Source of the DNA: an uncultured Pseudomonadota bacterium
GTDB taxonomy: Bacteria > Pseudomonadota > Alphaproteobacteria > RF32 > CAG-239
Assembly: GCA_949290295.1 (NCBI GenBank)
Contig: CASERH010000014.1
Location: 1 to 54,119 of the forward strand
Direction: 5' to 3'
DNA length: 54,119 nt
Below are positions 37,134-46,966 of this stretch, piece by piece. The notes below the pieces were generated by a model that worked only from the letters and a program-made list of their open reading frames with translations, searched no databases and was not told the origin of the DNA. Each line of letters begins with the position of its first letter. Within the stretch, counting starts at the first letter, position 1. The position numbers and the translations under genes were made by a program.

Positions 37134-37793
37134 ATGGAACTTTCAAAACCCGGTTGGCGCCCCTACACTATCAAAGAAGAAATTTGGAACTGTATTATCC
37201 ACGGAATCGGTATTGGTTTGAGTATCGCCGGGTTGGTGGTTTTGGTGGTGTTTTCCGCCCTGCATGGAAACGCTTGGGCCGTGGTGTCTTCCTCTATCTT
37301 TGGGGCTTCTATGATAGTTCTTTATAGCTCTTCTACCATTTATCATGCCGTAAGTAGCGAGAAATGGAAAAAACGCCTTAAAAAGCTTGATCATATTTCC
37401 ATCTTCTACCTCATTGCCGGCACTTATACGCCATTTTTACTGATTAATCTTCGCGGAGCTCTGGGTTGGACCTTGTTCGGCATTGTCTGGGGGTTGGCTC
37501 TTATTGGCACTTTTCTTAAGCTTCTCACCTCCGGCAGCGGGACCAAGATCTGGTCTATCAGCCTTTATCTCTCTATGGGATGGATGATTATATTCGCCTC
37601 TAAAAGCCTGTTCCAAAATCTCTCTACTCTGGGAGCGGTTTTCTTGATTCTGGGCGGCGTATTTTACACTTTGGGCATCTTCTTTTATATCTGGAAAAGC
37701 AAAAAATATACGCATGCCATTTGGCACTTCTTTGTGCTTGTTGGAACAATTATGCATTTCTTTTCCGTGCTTTATGGTTGTATCTTAATTTAA
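37134..37793 (+). CDS. Hemolysin III / PAQR family membrane protein
   Basis: EEIWNCIIHG, SSTIYH, LDHISIFYLIAGTYTP and HAIWHFFV. Confidence 0.95.
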   Translation: MELSKPGWRPYTIKEEIWNCIIHGIGIGLSIAGLVVLVVFSALHGNAWAVVSSSIFGASMIVLYSSSTIYHAVSSEKWKKRLKKLDHISIFYLIAGTYTPFLLINLRGALGWTLFGIVWGLALIGTFLKLLTSGSGTKIWSISLYLSMGWMIIFASKSLFQNLSTLGAVFLILGGVFYTLGIFFYIWKSKKYTHAIWHFFVLVGTIMHFFSVLYGCILI

Positions 37794-37803
37794 AACATTA
37801 AAA

Positions 37804-38190
37804 TCACCATCGCTCCGTTACGCAGTCATCGCCGTTGAAACTATAGTTGGTGACAATGCCGTTGCTTATCGTAAACGAGGTCTTGCAATAGTAGTCTGAC
37901 GGCATCGGCGCACTCGGGTAGTCAAAATCAGGCGTCGAATCCGCCGCATAATAAAATTCATCGCTATAGGGGTCACTTATTCCCCCTTTGGCGTGAGTTG
38001 AAAACTCAACATAAGTCACCACTTTTTCATTGGGCGTGACATAAAACACATTGTGCGGAATTCCCCAAGACTGTTCCAAGCTTGCCTCTGACTGACCAAT
38101 CCACGGCTGTAAGGTGGCGCCGTAATCTTGGTTTATCATGCAACCGGCCGCTAATAAAATAAAACCTAACAGTGCAAATTTTTTAATCAT
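37804..38190 (-). CDS. Putative lipoprotein
   Basis: Lipobox LAAGC; WIGQSE...WGIP; C-terminal cysteine pair. Confidence 0.8.
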   Translation of the reverse strand: MIKKFALLGFILLAAGCMINQDYGATLQPWIGQSEASLEQSWGIPHNVFYVTPNEKVVTYVEFSTHAKGGISDPYSDEFYYAADSTPDFDYPSAPMPSDYYCKTSFTISNGIVTNYSFNGDDCVTERW

Positions 38191-38234
38191 CTCTATCTCC
38201 TTATCCTTTGATAAAGAGATATACTCCGCTTTTT

Positions 38235-39533
38235 TTAGATTTCATCCTTTAAGATGAACATCTTTTTCAGTCTGGCGGCAGATTTTTCATCCAGCCTCAC
38301 TTTGAAAACCATCATATCTTCATTTGTCTGCTTGGAAAGTATTTCAGAATTCTCATATATCCACGCTATTAACTTTCCCTCCGTTACCGGAACGCCAAAC
38401 TCCAAAACCTCAAACCCTGAAGCCAGCCGCTCATCTAATTCATGCAAAAATTTATCGCATCCCTCACCGGTTAGGGCAGAAACAAGCACCGTTTTTTTAC
38501 TCTTTGACAATTCTTTTTGTTTTTCTTCCGTCAACAAGTCTGCTTTATTCAACAGCTCTATGTATTTGCGGCTTTGTTCCACATTCTCAAGCCCCAAACT
38601 TTCCAAAACTTTCAGAACATCTTGCTTTTGCTCTTTGCTCTCAACGTTGGTGGCATCTCTCACATGGACAATGATATCTGCCTCTAAAACCTCTTCCAAA
38701 GTGGCACGAAAAGCCATAACCAGCTCATGGGGCAGATCTGAAATAAACCCAACCGTATCTGACAAAATCACAACCCGGCCTGATGGCAATTCCAGCTTTC
38801 TCAACGCCGGGTCAAGTGTTGCAAAAAGCATATCTTTAGCAAGAACATTTCCTTTTGTCAGTGTGTTAAACAGTGTCGATTTTCCGGCATTGGTATAGCC
38901 AACCAAGGCCACAACCGGGTATGGCACCCGTTTTCTTGCAGAGCGCTGTATCTGTCTGGTTTGGCGCACTTTTTCCAGCTCTTTTTTTATCCGCAAAATC
39001 TTGTCATCAATAATTCGGCGGTCCAGCTCTATCTGTGTTTCTCCGGGGCCGCCCAGAAAGCCCGCGCCGCCTCTTTGCCGCTCCAAGTGTGTCCAGCTTC
39101 TGACCAAGCGGCTGCGCTGATAACTCAAATGCGCCAACTCTACTTGCAACTTACCTTCGCTGGTTTGGGCACGCTCGCCGAATATCTCCAATATCAGCGC
39201 TGTCCTGTCTATTACCTTTATTTGTAAGAACTTTTCTAGATTTCTTTGCTGAATGGGGGTTAGTTCTGCATCCACCACCAGCAGTTCAACCTCTTTTTCC
39301 CGCAAAATCGGCAACAAACGCTCTAAAGCGCCCTGTCCAATTAATGTGGCGGGTTTCACTCTTCTTAAACGGATAATTTCCTGATATGCGACGTCTAAAT
39401 CAATGGCCAAGGCCAAGCCAACCGCTTCTGCCAACCTTGCCTCGGCTGAAACACTCAAATAACTCTCCGCAATCTCTGGAAAAATTACGGCTGCTTTGGT
39501 TCTATGCTTGGAATTAAACTCTATAAACGCCAA
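38235..39533 (-). CDS. hflX: GTPase HflX
   Basis: GPGETQIE, GYTNAGKST, LFATLD, DTVGF and NKAD. Confidence 0.97.
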   Translation of the reverse strand: MAFIEFNSKHRTKAAVIFPEIAESYLSVSAEARLAEAVGLALAIDLDVAYQEIIRLRRVKPATLIGQGALERLLPILREKEVELLVVDAELTPIQQRNLEKFLQIKVIDRTALILEIFGERAQTSEGKLQVELAHLSYQRSRLVRSWTHLERQRGGAGFLGGPGETQIELDRRIIDDKILRIKKELEKVRQTRQIQRSARKRVPYPVVALVGYTNAGKSTLFNTLTKGNVLAKDMLFATLDPALRKLELPSGRVVILSDTVGFISDLPHELVMAFRATLEEVLEADIIVHVRDATNVESKEQKQDVLKVLESLGLENVEQSRKYIELLNKADLLTEEKQKELSKSKKTVLVSALTGEGCDKFLHELDERLASGFEVLEFGVPVTEGKLIAWIYENSEILSKQTNEDMMVFKVRLDEKSAARLKKMFILKDEI

Positions 39534-39534
39534 T

Positions 39535-39759
39535 TTATTTTTCTATTTCCAGCTCAACGGCCTCTGCCGGCATAATTGTTGACACTGCGTGCTTATATAT
39601 CAATTGTGTATGTCCGTCGCGGCGCAATAACAATGATGTCTCATCATACCAGGTGATTATTCCCTGCAGTTTTACCCCGTTTACCAAAAATACGGTAACT
39701 GAAATCTTGTTCTCTTTTAAGTTATCTAAAAAATCGTTTTGGACATTTTGTGACATCAC
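39535..39759 (-). CDS. hfq: RNA chaperone Hfq
   Basis: [11 protein letters not shown] and [13 protein letters not shown]. Confidence 0.97.
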   Translation of the reverse strand: MMSQNVQNDFLDNLKENKISVTVFLVNGVKLQGIITWYDETSLLLRRDGHTQLIYKHAVSTIMPAEAVELEIEK

Positions 39760-39827
39760 TTTATTCCTTCTTTTTATTATTGCTGTTCTTTATTCTAACA
39801 ACATTTTTTTTCATTAGTAAAGTTTTT

Positions 39828-41186
39828 TTAGGCAAAAATATTTTCTGCCTGTCGAATGGCCGCGGAATCTACATAAACAAGCAAAACATCTCCCGTGCTC
39901 AGTCTGGTCGTGGGATCAGGATAAATGCTTTCTTCTCCCCGACTTATCATGAAAATTCGGCATGATTTGGGTAGATTCAGCTCCCCTATCTTCTTTTCAC
40001 AACAGCTGTCTTCCTCGCTTAGTTTTATCTCCCATATCTCCCCATGGCCGCGGCTTACGGCATAGGCCTCCTGCATCTTGGTCTTGCGGATCTCTTTTAG
40101 CAATTTCGATATCGTTACCGAACTGCGCTCAATCAGAATATTATCACCAATGTTAAACACCAAGTTGCTGTATGAGGGCGTGTTTACAACCGATAAAGTG
40201 GAAGAAACACCCCTCTTTTCTGCCAATAATGATGCCAGCAGATTATCCTTGTCATTATCCGTTAGGGCAATGGTCGCATCGGTGTGGCCAATATCTGCCT
40301 CATTTAAAATAACGTCACTCAACATCTCTCCGTGAATAATGACGGCGCTTGAGAGTTCTTTGGCCAGTTCTCTGGCCTTATCGTAGTCTTCTTCTATAAT
40401 CTTACAGCTGATGATGCTATCATCCAACTCTATCTCTTTTCCCAAGTGTTCGGCTATGGCGTTGCCGCCGAATATCAACACTCTCTCGTTGGCTTGTTTT
40501 TCCAGTCCAAAGGCTGCTATTGTGTTGTAGACTTCTGAAATCGGCACATATATATTTATCTCGTCTTCTGCGGCAAAGCTATCGTAAGCTTCGGGAATAA
40601 AACATCTTCCCTCTCTTAAGATATTTACGACCGCAATATCTAAGTCCTCATTTTGGCGGTTTAGCTGCAACAATGGAATGTTTAGCAGCGGGCATATCTT
40701 TGACAATTTGAGGCTTAGAATACATCCCTTTTCTTTTAGGACCGGCAAAAAACCTGAACAACCCGGATATTTTAGAACCTGCAAAATGTTTTCAGCAATC
40801 TCAATCTCGGGCGAAATAATGTTGTCTATCGGTAAATGGCGGTCATTATACAAAACTCCCCATACAGGATCCAAAAACACCTCACTGTCTATGCGGGCAA
40901 TCTTGCGAGGAACATTAAACAAACTGTAAGCTATTTGGCATATCAGCATATTGACTTCATCTGATCCGGTCACGGCCAAAATTAAATCGGCATCTCTAAT
41001 TCCTGCTCGCTCTAAAACATCTGGGTGTGCAGCCTCGCCTAATATCGGCAAGACATCATACTCGTTGGAGATATCATCCAGGCAGTGTTGATCGTGGTCT
41101 ATTACCACAATGTCGTTATTACCCTTCACCAGATAGCTCACGATACTTTGACCCACGTTACCGCCGCCGCAGACAACTATCTTCAT
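39828..41186 (-). CDS. trkA: Trk potassium uptake NAD-binding subunit
   Basis: MKIVVCGGGNVG, AVTGSDEVN, ISPE and two RCK domains. Confidence 0.95.
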   Translation of the reverse strand: MKIVVCGGGNVGQSIVSYLVKGNNDIVVIDHDQHCLDDISNEYDVLPILGEAAHPDVLERAGIRDADLILAVTGSDEVNMLICQIAYSLFNVPRKIARIDSEVFLDPVWGVLYNDRHLPIDNIISPEIEIAENILQVLKYPGCSGFLPVLKEKGCILSLKLSKICPLLNIPLLQLNRQNEDLDIAVVNILREGRCFIPEAYDSFAAEDEINIYVPISEVYNTIAAFGLEKQANERVLIFGGNAIAEHLGKEIELDDSIISCKIIEEDYDKARELAKELSSAVIIHGEMLSDVILNEADIGHTDATIALTDNDKDNLLASLLAEKRGVSSTLSVVNTPSYSNLVFNIGDNILIERSSVTISKLLKEIRKTKMQEAYAVSRGHGEIWEIKLSEEDSCCEKKIGELNLPKSCRIFMISRGEESIYPDPTTRLSTGDVLLVYVDSAAIRQAENIFA

Positions 41187-42145
41187 TCCTTAGCCTCTTC
41201 AAAATAAAGGTTAATCTCCTTTAAGGCTTCCGGCAAATTATCTATATGCACGTACTTTTCCCTAAATCTTTTGGCATCTCTCATGCTTTTGGTATACCAA
41301 CAGACATATTTGCGCGAAAGTCCTAAAGCTATTTTCTCTCCATAATAATTCACCAGTTCTTTAATATGGGTTAACAAGGTTTCTTTTACAAGTTGATGGG
41401 GTAATGGTAAAAATTCTTCTCCGGTTTTAAGCCCCTTATCTATTTGGCTTATCAGCCATGGCTGCCCCAACGCCGCGCGGCCAATCATAACGCCGTCAGC
41501 TCCCGTATATTCAAGCATTTTCCTGGCATCGTCAACAGAACCAACATCCCCATTGCCGACAACAGGTATCTTAACGGCAGCTTTAACCTCGCTGATGATG
41601 TTCCAATCTGCCCGGCCGGAATAAAATTCTGATCTTGTCCGCCCATGCACTGTGATATATGAGGCACCGCTTTCTTCACACATCTTGGCAAATTCAACCG
41701 CATTTGCATGCTGGTAATCCCATCCTTTGCGGAATTTTACGCTCACCTTTAAGGGCGTGGCTTTAACCACTGTTTCTATTATCTTTGAGGCCAGAGGCAT
41801 ATCTGTCATCAGGTAGGAGCCGCTCTTGTTTGCAACAATCTTTCTCACCGGGCAACCCATATTTATGTCCAAAGAGTGAGCCCCTAAATCTTGAGCCAAT
41901 TTGGCAGCAAAATCAAACAACTGCAAATCGCTTCCTACCAGCTGAATCACTACCGGATAAGGCTCATCTCTGACATCTGCTATTTTATAACTTTTGGGAT
42001 TCTTGCGCGATAAGGCGTTGATTGCCACCATTTCGGAGACTATGTTGCCTTTGCCAAAACCTGCTGTCAGTTTTCTTAACGGCTTATCCGTTATTCCTGC
42101 CATTGGCGCCAAAAATACTTGGCTGTCAAAATCCAATATCTGCAT
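41183..42145 (-). CDS. dusB: tRNA-dihydrouridine synthase B (NifR3)
   Basis: LAPMAGITD, DINMGCP, VHGRTR, GNGD and GVMIGR. Confidence 0.95.
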   Translation of the reverse strand: MQILDFDSQVFLAPMAGITDKPLRKLTAGFGKGNIVSEMVAINALSRKNPKSYKIADVRDEPYPVVIQLVGSDLQLFDFAAKLAQDLGAHSLDINMGCPVRKIVANKSGSYLMTDMPLASKIIETVVKATPLKVSVKFRKGWDYQHANAVEFAKMCEESGASYITVHGRTRSEFYSGRADWNIISEVKAAVKIPVVGNGDVGSVDDARKMLEYTGADGVMIGRAALGQPWLISQIDKGLKTGEEFLPLPHQLVKETLLTHIKELVNYYGEKIALGLSRKYVCWYTKSMRDAKRFREKYVHIDNLPEALKEINLYFEEAKE

Positions 42146-42484
42146 CTATACCTTAAAATCAAATTCTTGGTTGTTTTTGAACATGAAGTCTATCAAAACC
42201 GTTGGCTCTTTTAATACCTCCCCGGCTTGTTGGTATGAGGAAGCTGCATAGGCACTGCCACCGGTTTCCATTTTATTGCCGCGTTGTATTTGCCAGCTTA
42301 TTTCTTCCGGCAAAAGCCGATAAGCGTACCCCTTAACCTGTTCGGCATAAGGCCGGTTCCAATCAGCATCTTCTTTTTCTCTTGATGGCGCTTCAAAAGA
42401 AGATTGGTCTTTTATCTTTGCAACAGAGGAATATATCTGTTGCTGAAGATTGTTAAGGTAGTCGTTTACATAAAGCCGGCTCAT
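42146..42484 (-). CDS. Hypothetical protein (112 aa)
   Basis: The ORF exactly fills the gap between two co-oriented genes; GAGG RBS. Confidence 0.7.
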   Translation of the reverse strand: MSRLYVNDYLNNLQQQIYSSVAKIKDQSSFEAPSREKEDADWNRPYAEQVKGYAYRLLPEEISWQIQRGNKMETGGSAYAASSYQQAGEVLKEPTVLIDFMFKNNQEFDFKV

Positions 42485-42493
42485 GCCTCAATT

Positions 42494-45400
42494 TTACTCC
42501 ATTTTATCCAAAGTCTTGGCCAAAATATAGTAAAGCTTACCAATATCGGCTCCGGAAACAACGGAGAGCAAAAGCCCTGAATGTTCGTGGCTTTTGGCAG
42601 CACTGATGAGCTGTTCAAACTCTGAAAGATATGCATTAACCTGGCTGCGGAAGTCCTCGTTTTTCTCGTATTCTTTTCTGATGGCCGCAACCTGGGACCT
42701 GCTCATATTCTTTGCCAGGTAGCGCACGAATACTGCCGTATCTCCGCCATAGAATTTCTTCCACAAATCTTCTTCATCTTTCGGGTTAAATACTCGATTG
42801 ATGTCTACGGAAATACTTTCCAATTTTTCAATAATCGTGCCGGCTTGTTTTAAGAAGCCTTCTATCTGAATTCCCTGGTAAGCCGTCGTCAAATTCTTCA
42901 GAGTACTATCCGCCTTGCGTGTATGCTCGTTCAACTCCTTAATCTGGCTGCTTATGGTCTCATTGAAGCGCAGAGCCTCTTTGATGATATTATCACTGTT
43001 TAGGCTGAAATCTTTGCTGGTCTCAAGCAGGCTGCCCATGGCTGAATTTACCTTGGCTACCGTATCATCGGTGGCGGCTACTAAGGCATTGGATTGTTTC
43101 AAAAATACCTCGCCGGAGCCTAAAATATCATTAGATATTCTTTCCGCATTGGCGGCAATCTCGCTGATGGAGGCTCTCAACTTATCTCCGGAATTAACCA
43201 GATGAGCAGCACTTACCTTGGCGGCATCTTCCATTTGCAAGCCCAGATTCTTCAAATCTTTGCCCAAGCCTTTTACTTTGTCATAAGCCTGGTTGGCTCT
43301 TTCTGCCAGTTGGTTTGAAGTGTCATTCAGCACTGTGTTAAAGCAATCTACCAATTTTTTGGTATCATCAGAGATCATTATCATCTTATCGCTCTGAGCC
43401 GCTATAAGCTTATTTATCTCCATAACGCTGGTACTTGTTTCCGCTGTTACCGTATTGAAACCTGCCGTATATTTTTCATATTCCTTAAATATACTGCCAA
43501 TCTTTTCAACCGACTGTTTAACTGCTCCGTCCAAGTCTTCCCCTGTTTGTGACAACAATAAGTTAACTTGATCTAGGCTCTTCATGGAGTTTTTGGATGT
43601 TTTACTTACATCTTCTCCGGCCTTTATCAATCTGTCTCCCAAAACATCAAACTCGTAGGCCAGCTTGGTTGATGTATCAAAAATGCCATTGGTGTTGTTT
43701 TGGAAACTCTCGTTTATCTCTTTCATCTTTTGAGCCACATTAATCGCAGCATCTGACAGATATTTGTATTGCTGTGCCAGAGAAGCCTCGCCCAAACGGC
43801 TTTGGGTTGCCAGGGTGTTGGAGACTTCCGTCATGGCCTCTGCCTGAGATGATAAAACTTTGTTTATGTCCTCGCTCTGATTTTGAACTTTGGCTATTGC
43901 CAATTCCATGTTTTTGGTATGTTCATCTAGCAATTTGCCTACATTAGCTCCAGACTTGGACAAATCGCCCTCTGCCGTTTGCAACTTGTTGCAGCTCTCT
44001 AAGAGGGCTTGTGCGCTGTTTTTTCCTTGCTCATCAATCTTCTTTGCTGCTCCGTTGAATAGATTGACTTGCTCTAAAATCTTGCCGGAGATGCTGCCAA
44101 GATTGTCAGATATATCTTCAACCATTTTCTTAACCACCGTATTCTTGGCCTCTACCATGGCCTCAATTTCTGATAAGCGATCTATCGAACGATGTGAGTT
44201 GTTTACAACTGCTTCCGTATGCCGTGAGGTATCCTCTTCAAGCATAGTCATGCGTGTAAATACCTTATCAGCACTTTGCTCTATTATTCCAACTTGCGCC
44301 TTGAGTGCCTCGCTCATGCTTGCTGCATTGTCGGCTATTTTATCACAGAAATTATAAAATTCATTTTCTTGTTGCTTGAACAGCGTGTTCAGGGCTGCGG
44401 CCTTTTCATCAAAACCGGCCGCAACATTAGCCGTATATTCTGCTGTGGAGCGAGATAGCTCATGCAAGGCCTTGCTTTGTTCCTCAAAATCATTGGCTGC
44501 CTTTTTAAAGGATTCTAACGTAGAGGCTGTTGTTTCATTTATCTCTTTGTTGTGACGGCTTAAGACATTTTCTATTCCGGAAACCCTGTCAGAAACTGTC
44601 TGGCTTAATATCTCTATTTTCTGATTTTGTGTCGTCAAGACATTTTCAAACTGCGTTACCTTGGCCAAAGTGCGGTTTGCCGAGGTGTCAAATTGATTGG
44701 CCTGCTCTGTCAGATTGTCATTAATCGCTTTACTCTTGTTTATTACCTCATTGCAGGAAGTAAGCATGGAAGTTAAACTGTCCTTTAGGTTATCAACCGT
44801 TGTTGTAGCATCGTTTTCTAAAGCTGTTGATGCATTGGATAGGTCTTCAAGTTGGCGTTTTAGCTCTGCTCTGATTTCTTCTACTCGGGCAGCACTATTG
44901 ATTATGTTTTTATGCTGCTGAGCCAAAGATGCCTCGCTTACCTGGCTCTGCGCTACAACGACAGATGTGGCCTCATTTAAGGTTACACTGCAGCGATTCA
45001 TATTCTCAGATACCTCAGACATGGCCGAAATTGACACCTCGGAATCCTTCTTTATGTTGGCCGCAGCCTCGTCAACCTCACTGTTAAGAGCCTGAATTTG
45101 TGTTGAAACATCTGAAATTGTTTCTTTGATATATTGGCGGCGAGCCTGCAAATCGTTTCCAACTAAGGAGGCCTGTTCCATCGCTTCTGTCGCCAGTTTT
45201 TGCAAAGAGCCAACCTTATCTTCAACCTCTTTTATATAGCTGCCTAAATTTTCTTTGGCCGCCTGCGTTTTAATTTGCAATGAATCTACGCTATTTTCCA
45301 ATTCATTATCTGTCTTTTGCATCGCTTTGACGGCTTGTTCAGAGACATTGGTCAAATTACTGACTTGAATAGCTATACTATCTTCTAGATTGCTGCTGCG

Positions 45401-46693
45401 AACCATAAGCTTGTCGATTTCTTGAGCCAATATATCTCCATGAGTGGATAATTTTTTGTTTATATTCTCGGCATGTTCATCTAAATTTGAAATCAGCTCA
45501 ACAACATCGTGATTATGTTTTGACATGGAATCATCAACTCTTTTGATTTGTTGGGCAACAGAATCATCAAGTCCATCTATTCCCTTCAAAATACGTTCAT
45601 TTATGGTTTCTATGTTGGCTAAAGTGCGTTTGGAGAGCTCATCAACCTTGCCTCGCATAACCTGGCCACTTTCCGTAATTGCATTTTCTAGCTTCGCCGT
45701 ATGATTTGCCATGATATCTGCCATGTTCTCAACTTCTGCAGATACTGTCTTTTTTAGTAGTCCGCAGTTAGTAACAGCCGTTGCCGATATTTGTTGCAAT
45801 GTTTGCGACTGAGCATTTAGTGCCTCGCTGACCATGTTCAGATTTGCGGTTGTCTCATCATTAAACTGCTTTAGCATTTCATTGGCGTGGATGATGTCAT
45901 GATTGCTGGCATCTGAAATCTCATGTAAAAATTCGGCCGAAGTCTTTATCTCCTTGAGCTTGGGCAAAATCTTTTCAAACAAGCCATCCAGGCTTTGTTC
46001 TATCTCCAGTGCGCCGCTGGCAAATGCCTTGTTTAATCCTGAAAATGTTTCAGCCGAGTTTTGAGCCTTGTCCGTGATGTTCTCAAAATTTTGAGTTAAA
46101 AATTTGACACCGTCGCTTAACTCAACAATCGTTTTGGAGGAATAATTATCCAAAATGGCTACTAATTTGGTGAACTCATTGATGTTTTCTTTTATTTCAT
46201 CTTTAATCTTTGCCGTCTGAATGGTGGCCATTTTGCTCACCTCTTGCAGCTCAACAACTTGGGAACGTATGGCATCGGCCATGGCTTTGGCTGTTTGGGG
46301 GGCGCCTTCTTCCGGATATACCAACTGGTTCATGTAGGCTCTTAAAAACTTCGCCTCTTGCTTGAAAGATGTGCCTCTGTCTATGTAGGCCATGACAACC
46401 CAGATAATCGCCAGTGGCAATGTAATACCCGCCAAAAAGCCGCCGAATTCATCAGGCATCATCAAAAACAAATTATCCCACCCGAAAAACTGGGTGATAT
46501 ATATCAAGACAATGGCAAACCATATTGCACTCACGCCTATCATCAGTTTGTGCAAATTATTATTCAGCCATGAGGTTTTCTCCTCTATCTCTACCGAGTG
46601 AGGTGCCTCATTCATAAATTGCGGAAGAGTTTCAGCCGAGACAGCGTTGCGGCTTTCTTTGTTCTTTTCAGACATTTTGTTCCCCATTGTCAA
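42494..46693 (-). CDS. Large two-TM coiled-coil polar scaffold protein (TipN/GPR/RgsE-like)
   Basis: Two N-terminal TMs, more than 1100 aa of helical heptads, and C-terminal DLWKKFYGGDTAVFVRYL...FRSQVNAYLSEFE...GKLYYILA. Confidence 0.7.
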   Translation of the reverse strand: MTMGNKMSEKNKESRNAVSAETLPQFMNEAPHSVEIEEKTSWLNNNLHKLMIGVSAIWFAIVLIYITQFFGWDNLFLMMPDEFGGFLAGITLPLAIIWVVMAYIDRGTSFKQEAKFLRAYMNQLVYPEEGAPQTAKAMADAIRSQVVELQEVSKMATIQTAKIKDEIKENINEFTKLVAILDNYSSKTIVELSDGVKFLTQNFENITDKAQNSAETFSGLNKAFASGALEIEQSLDGLFEKILPKLKEIKTSAEFLHEISDASNHDIIHANEMLKQFNDETTANLNMVSEALNAQSQTLQQISATAVTNCGLLKKTVSAEVENMADIMANHTAKLENAITESGQVMRGKVDELSKRTLANIETINERILKGIDGLDDSVAQQIKRVDDSMSKHNHDVVELISNLDEHAENINKKLSTHGDILAQEIDKLMVRSSNLEDSIAIQVSNLTNVSEQAVKAMQKTDNELENSVDSLQIKTQAAKENLGSYIKEVEDKVGSLQKLATEAMEQASLVGNDLQARRQYIKETISDVSTQIQALNSEVDEAAANIKKDSEVSISAMSEVSENMNRCSVTLNEATSVVVAQSQVSEASLAQQHKNIINSAARVEEIRAELKRQLEDLSNASTALENDATTTVDNLKDSLTSMLTSCNEVINKSKAINDNLTEQANQFDTSANRTLAKVTQFENVLTTQNQKIEILSQTVSDRVSGIENVLSRHNKEINETTASTLESFKKAANDFEEQSKALHELSRSTAEYTANVAAGFDEKAAALNTLFKQQENEFYNFCDKIADNAASMSEALKAQVGIIEQSADKVFTRMTMLEEDTSRHTEAVVNNSHRSIDRLSEIEAMVEAKNTVVKKMVEDISDNLGSISGKILEQVNLFNGAAKKIDEQGKNSAQALLESCNKLQTAEGDLSKSGANVGKLLDEHTKNMELAIAKVQNQSEDINKVLSSQAEAMTEVSNTLATQSRLGEASLAQQYKYLSDAAINVAQKMKEINESFQNNTNGIFDTSTKLAYEFDVLGDRLIKAGEDVSKTSKNSMKSLDQVNLLLSQTGEDLDGAVKQSVEKIGSIFKEYEKYTAGFNTVTAETSTSVMEINKLIAAQSDKMIMISDDTKKLVDCFNTVLNDTSNQLAERANQAYDKVKGLGKDLKNLGLQMEDAAKVSAAHLVNSGDKLRASISEIAANAERISNDILGSGEVFLKQSNALVAATDDTVAKVNSAMGSLLETSKDFSLNSDNIIKEALRFNETISSQIKELNEHTRKADSTLKNLTTAYQGIQIEGFLKQAGTIIEKLESISVDINRVFNPKDEEDLWKKFYGGDTAVFVRYLAKNMSRSQVAAIRKEYEKNEDFRSQVNAYLSEFEQLISAAKSHEHSGLLLSVVSGADIGKLYYILAKTLDKME

Positions 46694-46787
46694 TAATATC
46701 CCCCTGCCTTTTCCTAGGCTTTCCGTATCTTAAAACATTATTTTTAAATTGGGAATATCTTAACGTAACTTCTTTGCACTTATCCAC

Positions 46788-46912
46788 ACCCCAGGCGACG
46801 GCCTGGTGCGATTAGCAAGCTGTAATCCGCAAGGCTAAAAAGCCGCTCCTCACAAAGCAGCTTTTTACGGCTTGCTAATCGGCGGTGCCTCAATCAAATA
46901 AGCACTGCCCTT
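46788..46912 (+). ncRNA. Three-hairpin structured small RNA (alphaproteobacterial sRNA-like)
   Basis: CCAGGC-GACG-GCCTGG; GATTAGCAAGC/GCTTGCTAATC (46810-46880); GGCGGTGC/GCACTGCC (46881-46909). Confidence 0.7.
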
Positions 46913-46931
46913 CCAAATAAATTAATTGACT

Positions 46932-46966
46932 AAAAAAACAAAGCCTCGTTTTCACAAGGCTTTTTC
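46932..46966. terminator. Bidirectional terminator
   Basis: AAAGCCT...AGGCTTT flanked by A- and T-tracts. Confidence 0.6.

Noticed and set aside
38254-38898. 214-aa + strand ORF and similar Ser/Phe-rich antisense ORFs across the window
   Set aside because: Shadows of well-identified minus-strand genes such as hflX, parC and the scaffold gene.
46788-46912. SRP RNA, 6S RNA, tmRNA or RNase P RNA identity
   Set aside because: Lacks the SRP GGAAG..AGCAG motif, tRNA-like ends, GAGGAAAGTCC and a single long 6S-type rod.
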